Assembly (NCBI GenBank): GCA_965112155.1
Contig: OZ218102.1
Reading direction: 5' to 3' (one strand)
Source of the DNA: Podarcis liolepis
Taxonomy: Eukaryota
DNA length: 64,000 bases
Part shown: positions 14,427-26,673 of the stretch, one piece after another
Position numbering within the stretch: position 1 is the stretch's first letter
Layout: the number at the start of each line of letters is the position of its first letter
Translations under genes and position numbers: made by a program
Notes under the pieces: model-generated
What the model saw: the letters and a program-made list of their open reading frames with translations, nothing else
What the model was told of the DNA's origin: nothing
The model's database searches: none

Positions 14427-14639
14427 NNNNNNNNNNNNNNNNNNNNNNNNNNNNNNNNNNNNNNNNNNNNNNNNNNNNNNNNNNNNNNNNNNNNNNNNNN
14501 NNNNNNNNNNNNNNNNNNNNNNNNNNNNNNNNNNNNNNNNNNNNNNNNNNNNNNNNNNNNNNNNNNNNNNNNNNNNNNNNNNNNNNNNNNNNNNNNNNNN
14601 NNNNNNNNNNNNNNNNNNNNNNNNNNNNNNNNNNNNNNN
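14427..14639. other. N-run of 213 nt
   Basis: Direct reading. Confidence 1.
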
Positions 14640-15110
14640 CCCCAATTCTCTTCACTTGGGCCCAACCAAAAATTCTGTTAAGGTGGCTCTGTAAAGATCA
14701 GCATGTTTACCAGCAAAGAACAGAGGCAGCTATAGATGAGGAGTGCAGGGGAGGGTTGGATGAATCTGTTCGACCCTGATACTGACATTGAGGGACGAAT
14801 ACTGCCAAATCTTAATTGGGTCTCAAAGCTAGCACTGGGTGCTGCAGTCGGCTTCCCTGTGGTGGTGATGATGGCAATAACACTTAGCATTTGCATAGAT
14901 AGCCGTCCTGCCCTGACATTGTGTAAGAGCCTTACAACACCTGAGTCCCAGGCCTTCTGCTGATCTTCCGTATGTGCTGGCAGCAAAAGTCAACTGCATC
15001 CATGCAAACAAGCTTGACCTTGCCTAATTGAACGCTATGGCTACAGAGCAGGGTGGAAAACGGAAGGCAAAAGATGAGCGCAAGCAAATAGTATGGAATG
15101 GGAAGGTGGG

Positions 15111-15313
15111 TGAAGGGGCCATTGTTCAGCATATGCTGTGCATATGGCAGGTTCTAAGCTCAATTCTTGGCATCTCCATTTGGAAGGATCAGGGAAAAGA
15201 TGATGGGAAAGACCTCCATCTGAGACATGGGAGATCCATTGCCAGTCAGAGTAGACAGTACTGGACTACTTGGACATATGGTTCAACATGCTATAAGGCA
15301 GCATCATATATTC
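15111..15313 (+). mobile_element. Old tRNA-related squamate SINE; related copies at ~18609-18725, 24573-24741, 50601-51125 (interrupted), 54480-54560, 55140-55290
   Basis: Copies share blocks such as GGCATCTCCA, TGCCAGTCAGAGTAGACAGTACTG and a 3' end like ATAAGGCAGC. Confidence 0.65.
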
Positions 15314-16374
15314 TGTAGCAAATCCGTACTCTCCCAGGCATGCAAAGCTGAACTGTGTGATGCACGTTTGTTTTTAGGACACACACTAATACATGTTACT
15401 ATTTGGTTGCCTTGCTGAGCGAGACCTAGAAAAGGTGTTCTTTGTCTGCACTATAAGCTGTACTAGTCAACAATGTCAGCAACTGAATCTTACCAAATCA
15501 TAGTGCTCCGTGAGACAGACCAAATACAAGGGAAGTGTAGACTAGAGTCTCTCAGTGTACTCAGATGTGACTAGTTAAATGGACTACATATAAAGAAGTA
15601 CATATAAAAAAGTTCCTTCTCCATAGCCTCCCCCGGTGGCCAGAAGTAAATCATTCTCCAGTACAAAAAAACCTCTCAGGGGAAACCTATAGACAATTGT
15701 GCAATATAGGAACAGGTTATTTCCCAGGCTCCGAAGCTCTAAGCTGTTGGCAAATGTATACATGTCCTTGTGTTTAACAACCTTTTTATACTGCATAGAG
15801 CCCTAGCAAGCTTCTTTGAAATTTGTTAATATTTCATTATCTGTGCCCACTTGAAAGCTCCAACAGAATAGTGGTTAGACAGAATTTCCTTGCTGTGAAA
15901 AAGCTTTCTCTCTCTTTCCCTCGCCCTATCATGTTGTATCACAGGTTGGATTCTTATAGATGGTACTATTTACTCTGGGGTTAGAGTTCAAGAGTTCATG
16001 ACCCAATGTGCCTTGCTTCCCTTGTTGCCATAGTGGTCATCCCTGACTATTAGCCATGCTGGCTGGGACTGATGGGAGTTGTACACCAACAACATCTAGA
16101 GGGCACCAAGTTGACTGACCACAGTTTCTTCCTATTAATTTTGTGCTTGCCCAGTGAGGATGGTGTGGGGTTGTTATTATTATTTATGGTGTGGATGTAG
16201 TCAGGGGTGAACAAAGGCATGCACTGTACATAGCAATTTGCCACCAGCAGTGCTCCAGCGCCATACGGACAGTGCCGGGATCCCTCTGTTGCCGCTAGAG
16301 CCATGAATGGAGGATCCTCTACATGCGGCTGTAGCGGTGACGGAGGGTTCCCACCGCTATGTACAGCGCATGTA

Positions 16375-16462
16375 CTTGGCCTGTAAAGCGAGATGAGCAC
16401 CACAACCCCAGAGTCATCTGCAACTGAACTTAACTGTCAAGGGTCCTTTACCTTTACCTTTT
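16375..16462 (+). mobile_element. Sauria SINE 3' fragment
   Basis: GTAAAGCGAGATGAGCACCACAACCCCAGAGTC ... (ACCTTT)n tail; matches the reverse complement of the copy at 50651. Confidence 0.8.
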
Positions 16463-19400
16463 TACAGCTGTTGGCAACAATTGGGTAAACCTGTTTTGCT
16501 TGTGGAAATGCTTCTGCACATCCAACGAAGTTTCAATTCATATTTTTCACTACCCAGGCTGCATTGCAAATGGTGTTTGAAGGTTTCCTGAGTTCAAAAA
16601 GCAGCTTTTAATATGGGTCACAGCTTTTATGAGGAAAGAACCATTGCATCAGAGTGGGAGAAACACACCACACCCTTCTCTGGACCCTGACCAAGGATTT
16701 CATCTTTAACGCTTATGATACTGGGACAGAAAATCATTGTGATTTTTACCAATAGGCAAGTCCGTTTTAGTTTGGTGATACAACAGGACATTAGAACATA
16801 TTCCTTCCTCAAAAGTTTCGGCATATTGGGTTTATCCTTTTTTATCTTAGACTTTACTTCGTTGTACCTACTGTACGTCCACCACATTAACTGTTTTACC
16901 TAAAGGATCTTGTAATAGACAGCTCAGCAGAAACATTGTGTGCCCTCGTTGAGATCAATAGAATGCCCTTGTGTTCAGGACTGTTCAATTGATCTCCAGA
17001 AGACACCACTGAGACACTCAAATAAAGCAAAGCTGCATTTTGTTGAGTTAAATTCTAAGAAGAATATATGACCATGGCAAGATGCTGCTCATAGTCCTAG
17101 TAGTTTTTCTCACATCAGAAATTGAAGCGGAAAGAGGTAAGCACTTAGGCTAGGTTAGAGAATCCAATTTTTTTGAGGTTCTGGAGATGTGTCTATTGAA
17201 AAGTGAAGGAAATTCCATATGGATTACACAGACAGAATGTCCCGAAGCCCCCTTCCCATCCCCCCTTCTCTTCCTTCTGCAGTTCTTCTTTCCATACGTT
17301 TTCTAGTAGCCGTGTTTGCATCCTGGGACAGGCCATGTGAGAGAATAGCAGGGCCAGCCACTAGCAGGAGGCAGAGGGTAGTAAAACCTCCATGGCTGTC
17401 ATCTGACATCCATTGGTAAGGACATAGGGACTCCTCCCCGTCAAGCATAACTTGGAGCAACTGTGTATTCTTTACACCCCATCACTAGTTGTCACAGCTT
17501 TGGAAAATGTGTGGAATGAAACACAGGTGGGGAAGGGGCCAGCATTCCTACCTCTGCTCTTTCAAACAGCTAGATGATGATGATTTATTTATTTATACCC
17601 CACCCAAGTCACTCTGGGTGGCTCCCAACAAAATATTTAAAACACGATAAAACATCAAACATTAAAAATTTCCCTAAACAGGAACATCATCTCATTTTCC
17701 ATGTGAATGGGCAGACCTGCTTTTACAATCATGAATTTGCCAGTATCACATATAGTTTGGACCTGACAATCAAGCTTCCCTCTTCTTTCTTTAGTGAGGA
17801 TGCAGGTGTTCGGTATACCCAATATTGCAGGAGTTATTTTCTCCTAGTGGAATACGGAATAGTTTTGTCAGGATTTTGAGATTGCTAGTCATCAGTGGGT
17901 TTCTAAGAAATCACTACTTGATACTAGGTTTTTGTTGTTTTACTAGACTTCGACAGATGCTTCAAAATATTTTAATTGAATGCTTTAGAACGGGGGGGGG
18001 GAGGGGAGCTGTGCTGTGCTTTTACAGCTTTGTGGAGATTAAAGGACATGCAATGAAGTTTATATGTATAGGAGTAGGGATTTTTTTTGTAGTCATAAAG
18101 GGTTATACTGCCTAGAAATTACATAGCACCTTCCATAAACTAAGTAAGAGAGGGTTGAAATGACTTGCCCAAAGCCACAAGTTGAACAGCCTGGAACCAA
18201 ATGGGATATTTTCAGTTCCAGACTGCCACCCTCCGGCATGCATACTCACACATACATTCCCTCCCATATAATTATTATTTCCTTCCATCACCTCATTCTC
18301 AGTACTGTGCAGCAGAGTATGCTACAATTCAATTGGTGAGTTTGATTTGAAGTCATAGAAGGAAACTGCACACTGGAGTGAGGAAGGAGGAGCAAGAGAA
18401 GCGCTGGGACAGAAAATGGGGGGTCTGTGGGTGAAGGAAATATATACTCAAAAGAATTTTGTTAACAAGACTCAAATATTGCCACTCTGTGATAATCCTT
18501 ACACATGCAAGGCATATCATGTTTTTTCACTGTTTTGGCTTATTCACAATTTCTGTGGAACTACATGTTGGAAGTAACAGCACTGCTGTTTCCTGTGGGA
18601 CTGTGGAGAAGGGCCATAACTCAGTGGTAAAACAACCTGGACAGCTGCTGGAGTCAGTGTAGGCAGTATTGATCTAGATGCATGAATGGCCTGACTCAGT
18701 ATTAAATCAGGTGCTTGTGTTCCTATGCTGCTGTTTGCTTACTTGCTTATGCTGGGGGAAAGAAAGTGTTGCTTTCTGGAAGGAGCCCACCATTGCAAAA
18801 GAGGTAGGGATGAGTAAACGTGGCTTGTGAATTACTCGCCTATCCCAACCAACCAAAATTGTAAGGTGCTTAAACATTGTATAAATCCTAAAAACAGTTC
18901 AGACAACTCAACAGAAATGCAAAACCATTCCAGCAGCCTATGAGCCAAACTCAAACAATTCTCCTTCTGGCTCAGATGAAAACTTGAGGGGAGGAGACGT
19001 CACTCAAAGAGCTGGTGTCCTTTGCTTCAGGACCTTCCAGACATCAGAGAGCACACCTCCATTGCAGCTCTCACTGCCCAGTAGGAGCCAGCAGTCACAC
19101 AACTGGGCAGTGGTTCCTTTAGAAAAAGAAATCGCCTCTGAGAGAGCAGGGTTAAAGACAGATTCACTCCCACCAGGAGACCTCAGGTTGTTGCTGAAAC
19201 AAACAGCACTCCTTGGGTGAGTTCCAGCCACATCCTGCCACTGTGATTTGTCCAGGGTCCTGACAGATGGTCTTCTGTCTTGTCTGCTGTGCTCATGCAT
19301 AGCCGTCTTGATAGTGCTCTCTCAAACTAGGCTTGCCCCACCAGTTGTGACTCCGCTCTTCTAGACATGAAGAGCTGACCTTTCCAGTAAGTGCCACTGC

Positions 19401-22034
19401 TTTGACCTGGCCTTCCTGGGATCACTGAGACATGCTAGGACAGGACAAACTATTCAGAGTAACTACTTAAATAAATAGTATTTGAAAGCCACTGAGAGGT
19501 CCAGGAGAATCAAAAGGGTTACACTCCCCTGTCTTCTGATTGTGGTGGTCAAACCAGGTGAAGAGGGCAGTTTCAGTTCCCAAGCTGGGTCAAGATCCAA
19601 ATCCAAAATGGGTCTAGATAATCCAGGAATTTGCTACCATCTGTTAAGATATATCATCTAAAGAGGGAAGAATAGCAACTAGTTGACAAATTATATAGGG
19701 TGTCTCCAACTACCACCCTCAAGGCAGTCAAAGACACTCCCTTTCTCTATTTGGTTAAAAATAGATCAGTGCATTCAGATGGAATGCACAAGAAATCCAC
19801 AGATTGTTCTGATGAAACAAAATTGTCTTCATATTTAGTCCACCTTGTACACATGGGAAGGAAATATATCGTCCGAAACATGCTGGATTCCTATGATTTC
19901 CAGTAATTTAAGGCTGGGGTAGCCAACGTGGTATCCATCAGGTGTTGTTGAATTATAAATCCCATCATCCCCAGCCACCATGGCCAATAATGAAAGATGT
20001 TGGGATAACTTCAATTGATCTATCTCTATTTTTATAAATATATATTTTAAATCTATGTAAAATAGTTGCCAGCGTTGTAGATACCCAGCACATTAGTATT
20101 TCGTTGAGCACTTCAGCATGGAAACAGGGAATTTGGGGGTTATCATCTCAGGATGTTTGATGGTATAGACTGGTCCTCAGAGGTCACCCTTGCATCCTGA
20201 CTTGTAACATTGCTGCTTATGCAGATTGGTGCTTTGGCTCACTTGTGTTCAAAATTCAAAGACAATGTTTTTTTCTGAGAAGGGAGTAGGTAAAAAGGCA
20301 GAAGGTAATGATTTTAAAAACATGCTGGATGAAGACAGCCTGCTGTAAGATTGGCTGTGCAGCAAATGAAATGGGAAATGAAATGAGGTCAGGCTTATAA
20401 AATACACCATTTATCAACTATCTAAATCTTAATCCAGCGTCTCATTGGTTTTCTCGTTCTGCAAACAACTGAACTGCTGTGAAAACAGCCACAGAATCCC
20501 TCCAGGCCAGTGTTCAATAGAGTCCAACCTTCATGCTTTAATGCTAGGCTATCGCCAACAACATTTGTTCATGGAGAAACCCAGCACTTCTACACCAAGG
20601 AGCTATGTTTTATCATTTCCATAAAGACTGTTGAGGCCTCAATAGAGAGCGAGAATCCAATTTTGTTTATGATGTTTCTTGGCTTGCCAACCAAATATTT
20701 TGCTTGTCGGTCAATTGCTGAAGGAGCATTAGCAATCAATCATAGGTATGATTGTTCTGCATGGCGTAGAATCTGTCTGTGTAGCATACGGATCCTAGTG
20801 GTATATGAAAAAATATGTAAGATCTGTTTTCATTCTAACCCTCAATCTGAAAAAAAACCCCACAAAAACAACAACACACATCCTTTATTTTCATATAGTA
20901 CCGTATATTAGAAAAACAAGAAGTATTTCCAGAAGACTGACATTTGGGCATAAGGGTGAGGCTTCTAGTTCTCAGGGTGCAAGTCTTTATGTAGAAAGGA
21001 CACTGAGCTTTGTGTCCATCTATATTCTTTCCACACTCAGCCATGTAAAACCAATAACTTGGTTCGCCTGATCAAATGCTGCAATTCAGATTAGAGCCCA
21101 GCAGTTGCACAGGGAACTGTTTGGTCCTATGAGTTTACTCTTCAGTGCAGTGCCTTTACAAGATCAAGATTGGACTATTGGGTTATTTCTTTTTATCACC
21201 ATGCATAACAGTCTGTAGCAAGTCCCTGCACTATTCTTTAATGGACTGTTACAATTATGTCTAATAACAAATGTGCACTATCTAAACTTCTGATGGCCTT
21301 AAATTCTTGGAAGTCTTCAAGACATGCACACTTGTCCTCCCTAGATGTGTTTCAGTCTATTGGAAGGAAATGTCTGAGACAACATATGCTAAAGGACCTT
21401 TAGTTTGGTAGTGTTGGAACAACATGGAACGTCATAGGATGTCCTCCATAGCAGCAAGATACTGTTACTTAAATCTAGTTAAATTTGTTAACAAAACATT
21501 TGAATTGGCCCGCCTCCTTAAAACTATCATAGAAGAGGTTCATACTTTTTATCCGTCCCTGAAATTTGTCTTTGAGGAGCCGGTTTCATTGTGAGTATCT
21601 AATACTATAAAACCAGAAAGTCAAAACACATAGTTTTATAAAATGTTATTTTTAAAGTTTCACTACTGTATGTTCATAGTCTTTGAATAAGACATATTTG
21701 TTTCATACTCTGCATGATGCTGAGCAGCAGCATTGGGGAATTCCCCACCCCCCTCTTTTGTATCTTATATGTTTTTTCACAATTTTAGTAGCAATCCAGA
21801 ATGGACTTTTTTAAAAGGTTTTAGACGTGAAGCATCAGACATGCATGTATTAGTGCACTAAAGTGGCTGGAAACTTGCAGAAGTTTAGACTATATAACAT
21901 GTAATTAGGAGCTGGATGGATTTGTTTGTTCCATCACATGGGTAGGTTTATGTGTAATGTATTGTCTTCTAAGGATGTCAAATTCTCTGCCCTGAAAAAT
22001 TCAGTGTTGTATATTTTCTTCTTTTCTTCCATAG

Positions 22035-22266
22035 ACAAAACTTGCCAATGGCACTTCAAGCATGATTGTGCCAAAGCAAAGGAAGCTATCTGCAAGCTAT
22101 GAAAAGGAGAAGGAGCTCTGTATCAAGTATTTTGAGCAGTGGTCAGAGTCCGACCAAGTGGAATTTGTGGAACATCTCATCTCCCAGATGTGTCATTATC
22201 AGCACGGGCACATCAACTCATACCTCAAACCTATGTTACAGAGAGACTTCATCACGGCACTACCAG
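22035..22266 (+). CDS. BTRC: BTRC coding exon (human exon 5 equivalent), D-domain: [17 protein letters not shown]...[10 protein letters not shown]
   Basis: Polypyrimidine tract+AG before 22035, GT at 22267; 232 bp; translation matches beta-TrCP1. Confidence 0.97.
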
Positions 22267-22646
22267 GTAGTCTGAAAAACTATTGGCAAACACACAGACT
22301 TTGCAGGCTTCAAAAATGTGTAAAAAGATCTTGACTTCTCATATCTCTCGAACGGCCTTCTTCAGTAGCAGGGTGTTCTGTCCCTGGAGTCCTAGAAAGG
22401 AGTTGCCATTTGAGGATATGTCACCTATCATAAAATGTATGTTGTCATGGTTATCTCCCCCCCCCCCCAATACACTTGTGGTGTTTGGTTAGTTGCCCTT
22501 CATTTACAGGGGGCACATAACAGTTAAAAGGATTTAGACTTTATGATCATAGAAATTAGCAGGGTCTTGGGGCGGTGGTCATCAGGTTCATGTAATTTCT
22601 ATACAGCATATTATTTCCTATGCAACATGTTCAGTTCAGTCTAGAA

Positions 22647-22833
22647 CAGGGATAGTCAACCTTTTTTATACCTACCACCCACTAATGCAACTTTCTTGAT
22701 GGTAAAATTTCCTTACTGCCCACCAGTGCTCAATGGAAGGAGGATTCAGCTTGTGCTGTAGAACCCCCTACAGCCCTCCTAGAATCCTGAAATGCCCACT
22801 AGTGGGCGGTAGGGACCAGGTTGACAACCCCTG
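22647..22833. mobile_element. hAT (Charlie-like) MITE
   Basis: TIRs CAGGGATAGTCAACCT / AGGTTGACAACCCCTG; perfect 8-bp TSD GTCTAGAA at 22639 and 22834. Confidence 0.9.
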
Positions 22834-25345
22834 GTCTAGAAGCTCCTGGGTGAGGGAAGTAAAACAGAAGTCCTCCTTGCCATCTAGAAGGGATTCTTCC
22901 CACCCTAAATTGTGGGGTAAAAGAAAGATGCTCTAGAGAAGGTGGTGGTTGTCATGTTCTGCAGTCACACTGTACCTGCCACATATGCTCATAGGTAGAG
23001 TTTTGACATTTCTTCTTTTTTGCCTGGACTTTTGCCCAATTTATTTAGGTTTAACATAGTGAATGATGAAAATCTAAAGCCTTAACATCCCAGCTTATAT
23101 TTAAGTATGTTCTTCAGTAGCTTTTGGTGTTGGAGAAATAATCTGTATCTATCACTGCCTCACTGTGGCAAATGGAACACTGGGCCATGGTGAGCCCAAA
23201 CTTGGGACTAACATGGAGAAGCAAACTGATGTGCCTTCACCTCCCATTTTCAGGTTGGAGGTGGGTATTGGAGGCAGAAGCTTATGGGCTTATCTCTGCA
23301 CCCAAGGGGTGTTCCAAACTTGGAGCCACTGTTGAACACAGAGGCAGATCAAGTCAGGATGCCTCCGTCTTCAGCTGTGAGATGAAGTGGGAAGGTGGAG
23401 GCCTATCAGCTTGTCTCTGTGCCTGAATGTGCTCTGAGCTTTTAGCACCCAAGGAACACACTGGAAAGCAAGCTTCTGTCCTAACAATGAGCTGTGGGCA
23501 AGCAGGAGCTTACTTGCTGCCCCACCCCAGCTCCAAACTCAGAGCTGAAAAAAGGAGCAGATTCTCTCCTAACATTGTGCTGCATTCGAGATGTAGCAGA
23601 AATAAGGGACAGCACCTTTGGAAAAGGTGGTAACAGCAAAATTTTGTTTGGTCTGATGAGTATTTCTTTTACTTGCTGAAGTTTGTCTTGTCTGTCAAGT
23701 GGAATTATGCTGCCTGGTTTATTTTTCATTTTAGGAAAACTGCCCCCGCATCTAGGAGTGTTGGGGTTGAAAGAGTTGTCTCTTAGAAATCACATTTCTT
23801 TATAAAATTACTTTTCATGAATTTGTCCTGAGAATATGGAGGGAGAAAAACTACTTTGATACATGAGAAGCTCATTATGAGGTCTTCTGCTTGTCAGCAG
23901 CAAAGTCTTGGTACAGCGTGTCCTCTGTAAATCCTGATCAGAATCATCTGATAGGCATCTCACTCTGCATCGTCTGCTTAAATGTAAGACATGTGACCCC
24001 AGCCATCCCAAAATGCATTCATGGCTTCCTACGCTCAGCCTCTGTTTGTTGACAAATGAAGCTCAGTCTTTGGGGCAGCTGTAACAAGAGCAGGAAATGA
24101 AGCATTTGATCTCTCTCTGGATGTTTGGTAGCTTTTTATTTGGAGAGAAAAGTTGCCCGCTATGCTAATCTGGCATGCTTGACTCTTTCCCAAGTGAAAC
24201 TGGGGATGGGGGCGGATTTGATCAAGCAACTAAAGTAGCCTTGCAAATTGAACATTAATCTACCCACTCAAAAAACCCAGTAGCTCGTATTCACTAGATG
24301 CCACAAGAAATCATGGTTTACCCACAATTCCCATTGATGATCCCTCATGACTTTAGACAGAAGCATCTCTCCAGTTTGAGAGCGAGAGTCTCTCCCTCAA
24401 GATCCCACAAGAGCACTTTGGTCTATGTGCATGTATTTTTTAGGTCTTCTCTGTGCTAGCTCTATGATATGAACTAGCATATATGAAAAGCATTTGTAAT
24501 GTGGGAGCACTTCTGAGTTCTTGGTTCAGTTATAATATAAGCCTTAAGAATCCAATACTTTCCAACGCATGGCAGAAGAATTGTAGCTCAGTGATGGAGC
24601 ACATGGGTTGCATACAAAAGGTGCCAAGTTCAGGTCCTGGTATCTCCCAGGTAAGATTCTTCTCTCCCCTCCACTGTGAGTTGTAGACAGTACTGAATTA
24701 GATGGACCCAATTATGTATATGGCAACTCCCAGTGTTCCTAAAACTTTCTAGTCCTGTAGTAGTAGTAATTATTATTATTATTACTACTACTACTACTAT
24801 TTATTTCCCCAGCCACTCTGGGTGGCTTCCAACAAAATATTAAAATACAGTAATCCGTCAAACATTAAAAGCTTCACCACCGCCACCCTTTTTCGTAAGT
24901 GATAATTGGACCTTTTATTCCTTTCTTCTTTGCATCAAAAAGTAGCTTTCTGAGCTGGTGGAATACAAGAACAGCTGTAGTAGCAAAATGAGAAATGGTC
25001 CTAATATAGCAAGATTGGGGGGGGGGTGCATCATCAAGTGAGAAAAGCCTTCCATTGAACATCCCCCTAGTGCTTAAAACCCATAGAAATAGATTGGAAA
25101 TGACTTCCAGGATTCTTGATCATCTCTAACACTTTCCACTTTTATCTTTAATGCTTTGCTGTTTCTTATCCATAAGAAGCTGCTGGTTTCAGAACTTCAC
25201 AGGAGACTATTTTCTGCCCAGTCATCCCAGCTCTGCATTACAGGGAAGGGAATGAGCAACAGTGGGGGTGAAAATGTCTGAGCAGAGATGGGCTTCTCAT
25301 GAACTCTCCAGTGCTGATTAATTGCCTATACTTTTTTCCTTCCAG

Positions 25346-25532
25346 CTCGCGGCCTGGATCACATCGCTGAGAATATCCTGTCGTACCTGGATGCCAAGTC
25401 TTTGTGTGCTGTTGAGCTGGTGTGCAAGGAATGGTACCGAGTGACATCTGACGGCATGCTGTGGAAGAAGCTGATTGAGAGAATGGTCCGGACAGACTCG
25501 CTGTGGAGGGGTTTGGCAGAGCGGAGAGGATG
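25346..25532 (+). CDS. BTRC: BTRC coding exon (exon 6 equivalent), F-box: [63 protein letters not shown]
   Basis: ttccag|CT...TG|gtgag; 187 bp; phase fits both neighbours; not in the ORF track. Confidence 0.97.
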
Positions 25533-26250
25533 GTGAGAGCATCTTTCATGCAGTTTCCCTTGTTCAGTGAGGGAGTAGGTGCTGGTAATTTCCGACTCAC
25601 AGTGGTATGGTTTTTAAATGGTATGGGGCTGTATTCAACACAATGCTGAGGAGATCATTCCATCAGTGCAAGAATTTCTACTTCTCTGATGAAACGATCT
25701 TCCATCGCCTCCCATCACCTGCTGTTCTGTGGGTTCTCCAGACCCTCCAGAACAGATTTGGGGATGGCATGGGAAAGGTCCCATTGTGCTAACAGGAATC
25801 CTTGCACTGACTTAGCCTAGCAAAACAAGTAAATTGAAAACAGCTTTAGGTCATCAGTATGACAGTTCATTTTATCTGAAAATTGAAGATTGCCTTTTAA
25901 ATTCTACCATTCATTCTTCATTTTTTTTCTGAGGCCGTTTTTTGGGAGTATGTATTATTTCCTAACTTGGGGCAGGTAGGCACTTCCCCTTGATCCGGAA
26001 GCAGAATCCAGTAATTTAGTTCTACCTCCAGAGATGACTGGCCAAGCTTAGTAACAGGAACAGGGGATAAGTCATCTCATATATCTGATATATATATATA
26101 TCCAGCATATATATATTCTGCTGTTCCTCCTTCTCTTCATGGCAATGGCAGTGGTGGTGGTGGCAGCCCCTCCTCTCGCCCATCAAAATTGTTTTTCCTT
26201 TACCAAAAAATGAAGGAGAAAAATCCCTAGATGTTGTATGGAGTTTTTAG

Positions 26251-26466
26251 AGCCACTGTGGGGTAGTGATTAGTGTCAGGATAGGACCAGGGAGACAAGC
26301 ATTCAAAGCCCCACTTAGCCATCGGGCTCCCTGGGTGACCTTGGGCCAGTCACTGCCTCTAACCTTAACCTACTTTACAAGGTTGTTGTGGGGATTAAGT
26401 GAGGAGCAGCAGAACTATGTATGCCACCTTCAGATCCTTTGAGAAAAGATGGGATATAAATATAAT
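26251..26466 (+). mobile_element. tRNA-derived CORE/MIR-like SINE
   Basis: A/B-box-like head, CORE-like GGGTGACCTTGGGCCAGTCACT ... AAGGTTGTTGTGGGGATTAA, A-rich end. Confidence 0.75.
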
Positions 26467-26622
26467 CACTCAATCAGTCAATAAACCCAAGGCCTTTCGG
26501 CATATATCAATGTTGGGCCTTCATCAGAGTTTGAAATGTAAAGTCGAAACAAACTGCAGAGCTATCTGATAATAGGAGTCAATCTTTTTTCTTTGCTGTC
26601 AGGTGATTTGCAACGACTTTAG

Positions 26623-26633
26623 TCTCTCTCTCT

Positions 26634-26671
<38 letters not shown>
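26623..26671. repeat. (CT)n(CA)n compound microsatellite
   Basis: Direct reading. Confidence 0.95.

Positions 26672-26673
<2 letters not shown>

Noticed and set aside
14004-14779. ORFs spanning the N-runs
   Set aside because: Artefacts of translating N; no evidence that a BTRC exon is hidden there.
1-22034. BTRC upstream coding exons (NSSERED..., TYNSCARL...)
   Set aside because: Not found by eye or in the ORF track; presumably upstream of the window.
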